Origin: Candidatus Poribacteria bacterium
GTDB lineage: Bacteria; Poribacteria; WGA-4E; WGA-3G
DNA length: 64,000 nt
NCBI GenBank assembly: GCA_963663765.2
Contig: CAXXUA010000013.1
Span: 544,001-608,000 of the forward strand
Direction of reading: 5' to 3'
In this document: piece by piece, positions 39,479-47,399 of the stretch
Layout of the letters: every line of letters begins with the position of its first letter
Numbering within the stretch: the stretch's first letter is position 1
The notes under the pieces: model-generated
Told to the model about the DNA's origin: nothing
Database searches by the model: none
What the model saw: only the letters and a program-made list of their open reading frames with translations
Program-made: the position numbers and the translations under genes

Positions 39479-41455
39479 ATGAGAAAATCACATTTATATC
39501 AACAGCTAAACTTAATAGTTATCATCTCAATGTTGTTATGTGTTTATGGACTATTCTTTGCATACGGAGATCCACCAGACATTACCCAATTAGGTCTACC
39601 CGATGGTGCAATTGCACGACTCGGCATAGGTGGGATTGAGAATATATCGATTTCTCCGAATGGCAAACAGTTAGCAATTGCAAGCCATATAGGGGTTTGG
39701 TTGTATGATGCACAAACGGGTGAGGTAATTTCACTCTATACTGAACATGAGACTTCTGTCCGTTCAGTTGCATTCTCCCCGGATGGATTCACTCTTGCCA
39801 GTGGTGGTGGATTGGGGAAAGACAGATCTATACGACTTTGGGATATAAGGACTGGTGAACACAGTGTGCTTTCTTCAAGTGACTACAATGACGTAGGGAC
39901 ATTGTCATTTTCGTCAGATGGAAATTTACTTGTAAGTGGACATCATGGTGGTAATGTTATCTTGTGGGATGTAACCACTGCTAATAAACTCAAGCATAAA
40001 CTTTTGGGGAATAAGAATCAAGTTTTGGAAGTAGCGTTTTCACCTGATGGCAAGACTGTCGCGATAGGTAGTTTAGATGCTACGCTTCGACTCTGGGATG
40101 TAGATACGGGACAACTTAAACACGCGTGTTTTGGACATACAGATTGGGTTAGAACTGTAGCGTTTTCACCTGATAGTTCTATCATTGCAAGTGGAAGTGG
40201 CGATGGAACTATTCGGTTGTGGGATGTTGAAACGGGATTACACAAAAGCACATTTAAAGGGCTATCAAAATTGGTTAGCACTGTAAGGTTTAGCCATGAT
40301 GGTAACTACCTTGTGTGTGGCTATGGCTATAATAAAGATATACAGTTCTGGAATGTAACGACAGGAAAGGTTGAGCAAGTAATTCGCGTTCCTGATGATG
40401 GAATTACAGAAGTCTTGTATTCTCCAGATAAGAAAACACTTATTGGTATGCATTGGGATGGTAACATTCATTTTTGGGACCTTGATACAGGTACAATTAA
40501 ATTTAGCATAAAAAATTATACACGCAATGCGTATGCGCTTGCATACGCTACAGATGGTAAAACATTAGCAAGCACGGCTGGTGATGGGATAGCGTTGTGG
40601 GATATAGAAACCAGAACGCAACAGTTGACCCTTATGAAACAGCAAAAGGGAGCAAAATCTATAGCTGCATTAGCATTTTCTCCTGATAATCGCACAATCG
40701 CAAGTGGGGATTGGAACGGAATCGTCAATTTATGGGATACTACTATCGGTGAACATATACGTACTCTGAAAGGACATACTGATGATGTCCGTTCTGTAGC
40801 GTTTTCCTCAGATGGAAAATTGTTAGCAAGCGCAGGTAATGACCACGCAATCCACATTTGGGATGTTAAAACTGGGGAACAAATACATGTGCTTGAAGAA
40901 GAACGCGAACGCGCTTTTTCAGTTGCTTTTTCTCCTGATAATCTGACCTTAGCAAGTGGTGGATTCAACGGTGTAATTCGTTTCTGGGATGTTGTCACTG
41001 GTGAACAAAAAATGATGATACCGAAAACTGGAAACGGTTTCTCTATCGCATATTCTCCAAATGGAGTTTTACTTGCAACAACAGGAATGACAGTAAAACT
41101 GTGGCACGCGAAGACAGGGGAGGAGATGCTCAAATTGGATTACAACTCGAAGATTTTGGATACGCAGGTGCAATTAGCAGGGAGAGATCCAGAAAAAATG
41201 AGAGGCATCATAAGGGATTTCCAAATAAATATGATGAATATGGCAGAAAATGTTGCATTTTCTCCTGACGGAAAGACGCTTGCTGTTGCTCGTAGTGACG
41301 GTCCTATAAACTTGTGGGATATAGAAACCCAAACTCTCAAAAAGTCATTCTCTGGACATAAATGGACGGTTGAGTCAATCGCTTTTGCACCTGATGGTAA
41401 GACGCTCGCAAGTGGTAGTACTGACGGTTCAATACTTTTATGGGAAGTGCCGTAA
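39479..41455 (+). CDS. secreted WD40-repeat protein
   Basis: ATG at 39479 with AAAGGAG RBS; GLPDGAIARLG leader; WD repeats; ends LLWEVP. Confidence 0.92.
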   Translation: MRKSHLYQQLNLIVIISMLLCVYGLFFAYGDPPDITQLGLPDGAIARLGIGGIENISISPNGKQLAIASHIGVWLYDAQTGEVISLYTEHETSVRSVAFSPDGFTLASGGGLGKDRSIRLWDIRTGEHSVLSSSDYNDVGTLSFSSDGNLLVSGHHGGNVILWDVTTANKLKHKLLGNKNQVLEVAFSPDGKTVAIGSLDATLRLWDVDTGQLKHACFGHTDWVRTVAFSPDSSIIASGSGDGTIRLWDVETGLHKSTFKGLSKLVSTVRFSHDGNYLVCGYGYNKDIQFWNVTTGKVEQVIRVPDDGITEVLYSPDKKTLIGMHWDGNIHFWDLDTGTIKFSIKNYTRNAYALAYATDGKTLASTAGDGIALWDIETRTQQLTLMKQQKGAKSIAALAFSPDNRTIASGDWNGIVNLWDTTIGEHIRTLKGHTDDVRSVAFSSDGKLLASAGNDHAIHIWDVKTGEQIHVLEEERERAFSVAFSPDNLTLASGGFNGVIRFWDVVTGEQKMMIPKTGNGFSIAYSPNGVLLATTGMTVKLWHAKTGEEMLKLDYNSKILDTQVQLAGRDPEKMRGIIRDFQINMMNMAENVAFSPDGKTLAVARSDGPINLWDIETQTLKKSFSGHKWTVESIAFAPDGKTLASGSTDGSILLWEVP

Positions 41456-41474
41456 TGGAGGGTTGAATTTACTG

Positions 41475-42374
41475 ATGGACATACTCCAATATACTCCCGA
41501 TATTTTGTCCTCTTTGACACTGTTCTACAATCAGTTGACTACTGACGTACCGCTCTGTTATCCTATAAAAGAAGAAGAATTAGAGATAGCGTTATGTGGA
41601 GTCACCACAGGCAAAGCCAACAAACAAGAAGGTGGACTTGATTCGGAAGCAGCTTATGTCGCAATATCAAAGGATACTGTGAATGCGTTCATCCACGTCG
41701 GTATTGGTCAAATAGGCGATAACAGAGAAGTAGATATCGGTGTCATTCGGTTTCTGGGTTATGAACGCGGGGCACGGCACGCGGGACAAACTGTGCTTGA
41801 AAAGGCTGAGGAATATTTCAAAGCATGTAATGTGTCCCAAATCTGGGCATTCTCACAAGACTGTAAGTATCGTTGCTATCATTTTGAACACGCTTACCTA
41901 TCCGATGCACTTGATCATGTTCAAGCTCTTTTAGGATATAACGGTTACCATCGTAGTGCTGGTGAGGTGTTTTTGGTTTGGGAAAACTACACTGTTACGC
42001 CAACACCAACGGACATACCGGTCACGTTTTCTGTAAAATGGAAGGAGGGGAGAGGAAAACGTCCAAACTGTTCCGTAAAAGCATACTATAATGACAAAAA
42101 GGTCGGTGAGTGTGATTCTGTAAGCGGAGGTGAGTTTTCAAGCCATCCGGAAGCACAAGACTGGCTTCACACAGTTTGGCTCGGAATTGAAGGGGAATTC
42201 CAAGGACAAGGTATTGGGAAATATCTGCTGCAACACACATTACACGAGATGCAAAATGTTGGATACCGGCACGCAGCAATTAGCACAAACTGGGAAAATT
42301 ATCGAGCTTTTCTCTTTTATAGCAACTGTGGTTATAAGGTTGACGATTGGACTTATGAATTGAAAAGGAACTAA
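41475..42374 (+). CDS. GNAT family N-acetyltransferase
   Basis: ATG at 41475 after GGAGG; LGIEGEFQGQGIGKYLL and N.RAFLFYSNCGY acetyl-CoA-binding motifs. Confidence 0.88.
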   Translation: MDILQYTPDILSSLTLFYNQLTTDVPLCYPIKEEELEIALCGVTTGKANKQEGGLDSEAAYVAISKDTVNAFIHVGIGQIGDNREVDIGVIRFLGYERGARHAGQTVLEKAEEYFKACNVSQIWAFSQDCKYRCYHFEHAYLSDALDHVQALLGYNGYHRSAGEVFLVWENYTVTPTPTDIPVTFSVKWKEGRGKRPNCSVKAYYNDKKVGECDSVSGGEFSSHPEAQDWLHTVWLGIEGEFQGQGIGKYLLQHTLHEMQNVGYRHAAISTNWENYRAFLFYSNCGYKVDDWTYELKRN

Positions 42375-42385
42375 CTTAAAAACAC

Positions 42386-43306
42386 ATGGAAATTTTACAA
42401 TATACAACTGACATCCTTACATCCGTAACCGAATTTTACAACCACCTTATCGCAGACGTCCCGCATTGCTATCCTGTAAAGGAGCAAGAACTTGCTGCTG
42501 TATTGAGCGGTGTTACCGGACAATCAGATGATGTTCATGAAGAACTTCATTCACAGGTGGTGTTTGTTGCTAAGAAAAATGGTACTATTCAGGCATTTAT
42601 TCACGCAGCTATGTATGAAGATGAAAATGAAAACAATGAGAAAGAGAACATAGGTATTATTAGGTTTCTTGGTTACAAACGGGGTGAGCGGTTAGCAGGG
42701 CAAACCATGCTTGAAAAAGCTGAAACATACTTTAAGGCTAATAACGTAGCTAATATTCTCGCTTTTTCCAAAATCTATAAATATCGATTCTATCATTTTG
42801 AATACGCACATCTATCAAATACTCTTGATCATATTGAAGCACTGCTTGGATTAAACGGATACGAACGCGGCTATGGACAAGTCTTTTTAGATTGGGAGAA
42901 CTTTTCTGTTACACCAACACCCATAAATCTACCAGTTACAGTTGCTGTAGAATGGAGAGAAGGACGTGGAAAACTACCGAACTGTAACATTACCGCACAC
43001 AAGGATGGTGAAGAAGTTGCCGTGTGTCGGTCTGTTTCTTGTGGTGAGTTTTCAACGCATCCCGATGTGCAGGATTGGGTCTATACAGATTGGCTGGAGG
43101 TTGAAGATGATTTCCAAGGGCAAGGTTTAGGAAAATACCTACTGCAATACTCACTTCACGAGATGCACAAAGTTGGGTACCGACATGCCGCTCTTAGCAC
43201 GAATTGTGATAATCAACTTGCACTCCTCTTTTACAGCAACTTCGGTTACAAAGTCGTTGATTGGACTTACGGTTTTGAAAAAGACCTATTTGAAGGAACA
43301 ATGTGA
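42386..43306 (+). CDS. GNAT family N-acetyltransferase (tandem paralog)
   Basis: LEVEDDFQGQGLGKYLL, NQLALLFYSNFGY; collinear with the upstream paralog. Confidence 0.88.
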   Translation: MEILQYTTDILTSVTEFYNHLIADVPHCYPVKEQELAAVLSGVTGQSDDVHEELHSQVVFVAKKNGTIQAFIHAAMYEDENENNEKENIGIIRFLGYKRGERLAGQTMLEKAETYFKANNVANILAFSKIYKYRFYHFEYAHLSNTLDHIEALLGLNGYERGYGQVFLDWENFSVTPTPINLPVTVAVEWREGRGKLPNCNITAHKDGEEVAVCRSVSCGEFSTHPDVQDWVYTDWLEVEDDFQGQGLGKYLLQYSLHEMHKVGYRHAALSTNCDNQLALLFYSNFGYKVVDWTYGFEKDLFEGTM

Positions 43307-43339
43307 AGGATAATCTTCACGACTTGATGTGAAAATAGC

Positions 43340-44377
43340 TTAATGTTCAAAGTTCACTTCTTGTAGGACTGCTGATGCTCTCAACGCCATCTCAGTCGTC
43401 GGATCGCGTTTAATGATGCGGTTTAATTGTAGCACTGCGCGATCATCGCCATCTCTCGCTAATTCCAATGCTTCCTCAAATCCTTTATTACTGTAACTGA
43501 AATCTCTTGGAATGACGTTAAGGTCAAAGTCTTTCCAGTAATATTTGAGTTCATTGGATTCCCAATTGCGGTAGACATCTTCCCACTGCAACGAGTTGAA
43601 GATATTCAAGTGCGGTTCCAGCATGTGTTCTGCAATCGGATCATCAACTGCTTGATAACGATTGTCAAGCGACACACGCAGCCGGTCTTCTGTCAAATTT
43701 GGTAATGCTTTATGGATAGTCAATGCGGGGAAGATCAAAGTATCACCAATTTCATAGTCTGTCGTATGCCATTCATCTGACAGTTCATCAGTATTGACGC
43801 ACAGACCGCCAGCACCAAGCGAAAAGTGATGTTCCATGACTCTATCAACTTTATGTGAACCCGGTAGCACTGCTAATCCTCCCAACTCTATCGGACAATC
43901 ACCAACGGGTGCCCAACAGGTATAGGTTTGGAAATTTCCTTGAAAGTGAACGAAGTCTTGATGAATTGGTGTCGTGTGTTCAGTGTATTTCGGATACCAG
44001 AGACGTGCTATCTTCTGCGGATGCGGTATCACCTTTCTTCCGATGATTTTCCCTACCATATCAACGACCTCGGACCAATGACCGGAACGGTGAAATGTTT
44101 CTAACTTATATACTTCATGGTAGACCTCCGTGTATTCGGGATCACCTTCGGTACATTGTGTGGAAACATCAGCAATACCATCCATAGGGTCAGTACCAGC
44201 AACAAGCCAACCGCCTTCTTGCATTGTCGTTAGCATCTCTCGTCGTAATGCCAAGAGTTTGTCAGGGTTCTGTAGCTGCTTAAAGAAAAGATACCCCGCT
44301 TCTGCCATACGTGTGCGTAACTCATCCGGATCGTTCATTGCATCGTTTGATACGCGAAGTTCCTTGAGTTCTTCCAT
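43340..44377 (-). CDS. phytanoyl-CoA dioxygenase (PhyH) family protein
   Basis: TPIHQD, GGLAVLPGSH, GDTLIF...TIH...N...RVSLD.RY. Confidence 0.92.
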   Translation of the reverse strand: MEELKELRVSNDAMNDPDELRTRMAEAGYLFFKQLQNPDKLLALRREMLTTMQEGGWLVAGTDPMDGIADVSTQCTEGDPEYTEVYHEVYKLETFHRSGHWSEVVDMVGKIIGRKVIPHPQKIARLWYPKYTEHTTPIHQDFVHFQGNFQTYTCWAPVGDCPIELGGLAVLPGSHKVDRVMEHHFSLGAGGLCVNTDELSDEWHTTDYEIGDTLIFPALTIHKALPNLTEDRLRVSLDNRYQAVDDPIAEHMLEPHLNIFNSLQWEDVYRNWESNELKYYWKDFDLNVIPRDFSYSNKGFEEALELARDGDDRAVLQLNRIIKRDPTTEMALRASAVLQEVNFEH

Positions 44378-44427
44378 CTGATCTGCTCCTTGAGTCCACT
44401 AAAGTGTGATGTGAGACTATTTATATT

Positions 44428-45051
44428 TTATTGTTTATCTGAGAATTCAGGAAAGATAAATTTCTTTAGGAAAGATGTCCTTGCATAAAAGGCTCTTGAG
44501 GTAGATCCATGTCCACGTCCTTTGGTTCTCGGTTGGACATATACACCCATTCTACCTGTAAGGGCTGAAAAACCTTTAGTACGTATAGTTTCTCTAACTA
44601 AGTCATAATCTAATTTTACTTGATTGTAGACTTCAATGTCATCTAAATTAAAAGTAGTTACACGATGTAAAATGGATCTTTCCTCTTTTTGACTTTCCCA
44701 AATTCTTGCAGCCACAATCATTCGTCTTAACTTGATCAGTAAATGACTTTTTTCAAAATCTGTACGTTCAACATTATAGGAATCAATCATAGTAATAGCC
44801 ATTGTTTCTTTTATCGTCAATTTACCGCTTTTTAAATACTTTAAGGGTATTATTTTCAGTTCCCAAGAACCAAAATTTGGTGATTGAGATGAATTAATTG
44901 GTAATCCTAAATGCCTCTCAAGAACATGCCCTGCCCAACCCTTATTGATCTTTGTACCTTTATTTACAGTTACCTCATGAATATTTGCGAGTTGTCGTAG
45001 ATCTTGATTTACAATTGATGATATTTTTCTGATTGCTTCTTCTCTGTTCAT
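44428..45051 (-). CDS. MutH/Sau3AI/MvaI-like PD-(D/E)xK endonuclease
   Basis: NKGWAGHVLERHLGL, PNFGSWELK, KETMAIT, VQPRTKG, RAFYA resemble MutH conserved blocks. Confidence 0.8.
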   Translation of the reverse strand: MNREEAIRKISSIVNQDLRQLANIHEVTVNKGTKINKGWAGHVLERHLGLPINSSQSPNFGSWELKIIPLKYLKSGKLTIKETMAITMIDSYNVERTDFEKSHLLIKLRRMIVAARIWESQKEERSILHRVTTFNLDDIEVYNQVKLDYDLVRETIRTKGFSALTGRMGVYVQPRTKGRGHGSTSRAFYARTSFLKKFIFPEFSDKQ

Positions 45052-45055
45052 ACTA

Positions 45056-46153
45056 TTACCATTTTTCAGTTATGTCATCTTCAAATAATCTATTCGACAC
45101 TTCATCAATTCGCATTTGGGCAATTTGGTTATATGCATTGTCCTTTTCAATCATTGTCCATTTACGGTTATGCTGATCCGCGACCACCGCTGTTGTTCCC
45201 GACCCAGAGAATGGGTCAAGAATCAGATCGCCCTCGTTTGTTCCAGCTAAAATTACACGATTGACAACTGTCAATGGTTTTTGAGATGGGTGTTTACCAT
45301 GCTTTTTCTCTTTTCGTGGTGTAAGTGGAATTTCCCACATGTTACGCATCTGCTTACCACTGTTCATCGCCTTCATAGTATCATAGTTGAACGTCCAGTT
45401 TTTGGCTTTATTGCTTTCATTGTTGACAGCCCAAATGATAAATTCAGTAGATTCAGTAAACATCCGACAAGTAATGTTCGGCTGTGCGTTAGGTTTATAC
45501 CAAACGAGTTGTGAGATTATCCGTCTATCAAAAATGTTTTGAAGGATGAATCCAATTGTAAAGATACAGTGAAAAGATCCAAAAATGAACAGATTTCCAT
45601 TTGTCTTTAGGACTCTCAACACTTCTCTAATCCAATTTACCGAGAACTGAAAATAATCATCCTTAGAAAAAATATCCCACTGTTCTTGCATCGTGACATG
45701 TGAACTAAATGCCCAACCCAATCCTTTCTTTTTGGACATATTAAACGGCGGGTCTGTGATACAACAATCAAACACACCATCCGGAAAAGTAGGAAGGATT
45801 TCTAAGCAATCACCCGATAGAATCTGATTTATCGGAAGTTTTTTGTATGCTTTACTTAATATAGTTGTTGAATATTCAGAATCTTCAGAGAATGGTTCAT
45901 GTATTTTGTCTTTGGCAATCTCTTCAGCTTCGTTTGTGTTTTTCAATGGATGAATTCCCGTTGTAAGATATTCAATCAATTCCGCTTTCTTTAACGATGA
46001 GTAACCCTTCAATCCTCGTATTTTGAGTTCTTTCTTAAGGTCTATGTTTCGCATTTGGTGTATATTCATTTGTTTGAGTTTGTCCTCATAGAAACTGAGT
46101 TGTAAACAATCTGGTTTTGAACAATGTGTCCAAAATCCTTCTCTGTTGTGCAA
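45056..46153 (-). CDS. beta-class amino DNA methyltransferase (DpnA-like) with N-terminal Rho_N/HeH-like helical motif
   Basis: TDPPF precedes HPSQKP and LDPFSGSGTT; N-terminal DLKKELKIRGLKGYSSLKKAELIEYL; start may instead be ATG at 46069. Confidence 0.9.
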   Translation of the reverse strand: MHNREGFWTHCSKPDCLQLSFYEDKLKQMNIHQMRNIDLKKELKIRGLKGYSSLKKAELIEYLTTGIHPLKNTNEAEEIAKDKIHEPFSEDSEYSTTILSKAYKKLPINQILSGDCLEILPTFPDGVFDCCITDPPFNMSKKKGLGWAFSSHVTMQEQWDIFSKDDYFQFSVNWIREVLRVLKTNGNLFIFGSFHCIFTIGFILQNIFDRRIISQLVWYKPNAQPNITCRMFTESTEFIIWAVNNESNKAKNWTFNYDTMKAMNSGKQMRNMWEIPLTPRKEKKHGKHPSQKPLTVVNRVILAGTNEGDLILDPFSGSGTTAVVADQHNRKWTMIEKDNAYNQIAQMRIDEVSNRLFEDDITEKW

Positions 46154-46358
46154 TTCATTATACCTAAAAACAATAGTTGTGTCAAATTACGGCGGGTGTG
46201 TAACAGTGGTATTTAATTGTCGAATAAACACACATTCTAACATTGGCATCTAAAGGTAGGAACGACTTCCTATTATTGATCGAAAGAAACAATTCTACGA
46301 AAATATTAGAAAAAATGAATTTTATGCAACCTTTTCCATTTTGCAAATGAAACCCCGC

Positions 46359-47357
46359 GGTAGGAGCGACCTCCCGGTCGCGACCGTTTTGATTCATTGT
46401 ATCCTTACGGTCGCGACCAGGAGGTCGCTCCTACCAACGCAGGGGACGGTCGCGACCAGGAGGTCGCTCCTACCAACGCAGGGGACGGTCGCGAGCGGGA
46501 GGTCGCTCCTACCAAGAGGGTATTTTTGATTCATTGTCCCCTTACGGTCGCGACCAGGAGGTCGCTCCTACCAACGCAGGGGACGGTCGCGACCAGGAGG
46601 TCGCTCCTACCAAGAAGGTAATTTTGATTCATTGTATCCTTACGGTCGCGACCAGGAGGTCGCTCCTACCAAGAAGGTAATTTTGATTCATTGTATCCTT
46701 ACGGTCGCGACCAGGAGGTCGCTCCTACCAAGAAGGTAATTTTGATTCATTGTATCCTTACGGTCGCGACCAGGAGGTCGCTCCTACCAAGAGGGTAATG
46801 ATGCATAAAAAACACATTCTGCGTTTTCTGTGTCCTCTGTGATATGGTAAATTATGGAATTAATTACACACCGCGCTGGTAGGAGCGACCTCCCGGTCGC
46901 GACCGTTTTGATTCATTGTATCCTTACGGTCGCGACCAGGAGGTCGCTCCTACCAACGCAGGGGACGGTCGCGACCAGGAGGTCGCTCCTACCAAGAAGG
47001 TAATTTTGATTCATTGTATCCTTACGGTCGCGACCAGGAGGTCGCTCCTACCAACGCAGGGGACGGTCGCGACCAGGAGGTCGCTCCTACCAACGCAGGG
47101 GACGGTCGCGACCAGGAGGTCGCTCCTACCAAGAGGGTAATTTTGATTCATTGTATCCTTACGGTCGCGACCAGGAGGTCGCTCCTACCAACGCAGGGGA
47201 CGGTCGCGACCAGGAGGTCGCTCCTACCAAGAGGGTATTTTTGATTCATTGTATCCTTACGGTCGCGACCGGGAGGTCGCTCCTACCAAGAGGGTATTTT
47301 TGATTCATGGAATTATTTACACACTGCGCTGGTAGGAGCGACCTCCTGGTCGCGACC
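46359..47357. repeat. mosaic array of GTAG-type REPs (about 19 copies, two linker types)
   Basis: 16 copies of GGTCGCGACCAGGAGGTCGCTCCTACC in two blocks of 8, plus 3 opposite-orientation copies (46359, ~46878, 47331). Confidence 0.92.
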
Positions 47358-47399
47358 GTCCCCGTGAGTATCACTATAAGGGGATAACATCATTTGATA

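Noticed and set aside
41370-41474. N-terminal extension of the first GNAT overlapping the WD40 gene
   Set aside because: The paralog alignment (MDILQY/MEILQY) and RBS place the start at 41475
46341-47244. Short ORFs with GRDQEVAPT / VATRRSLL repeats (similar ORFs at 23406-23684 and 32452-32634)
   Set aside because: Translations of REP/MITE DNA with no independent coding evidence
46359-47357. CRISPR array (27-bp repeats with intervening sequences)
   Set aside because: Only two recurring linkers rather than unique spacers, repeats in both orientations, GTAG-REP structure, no cas genes in the window
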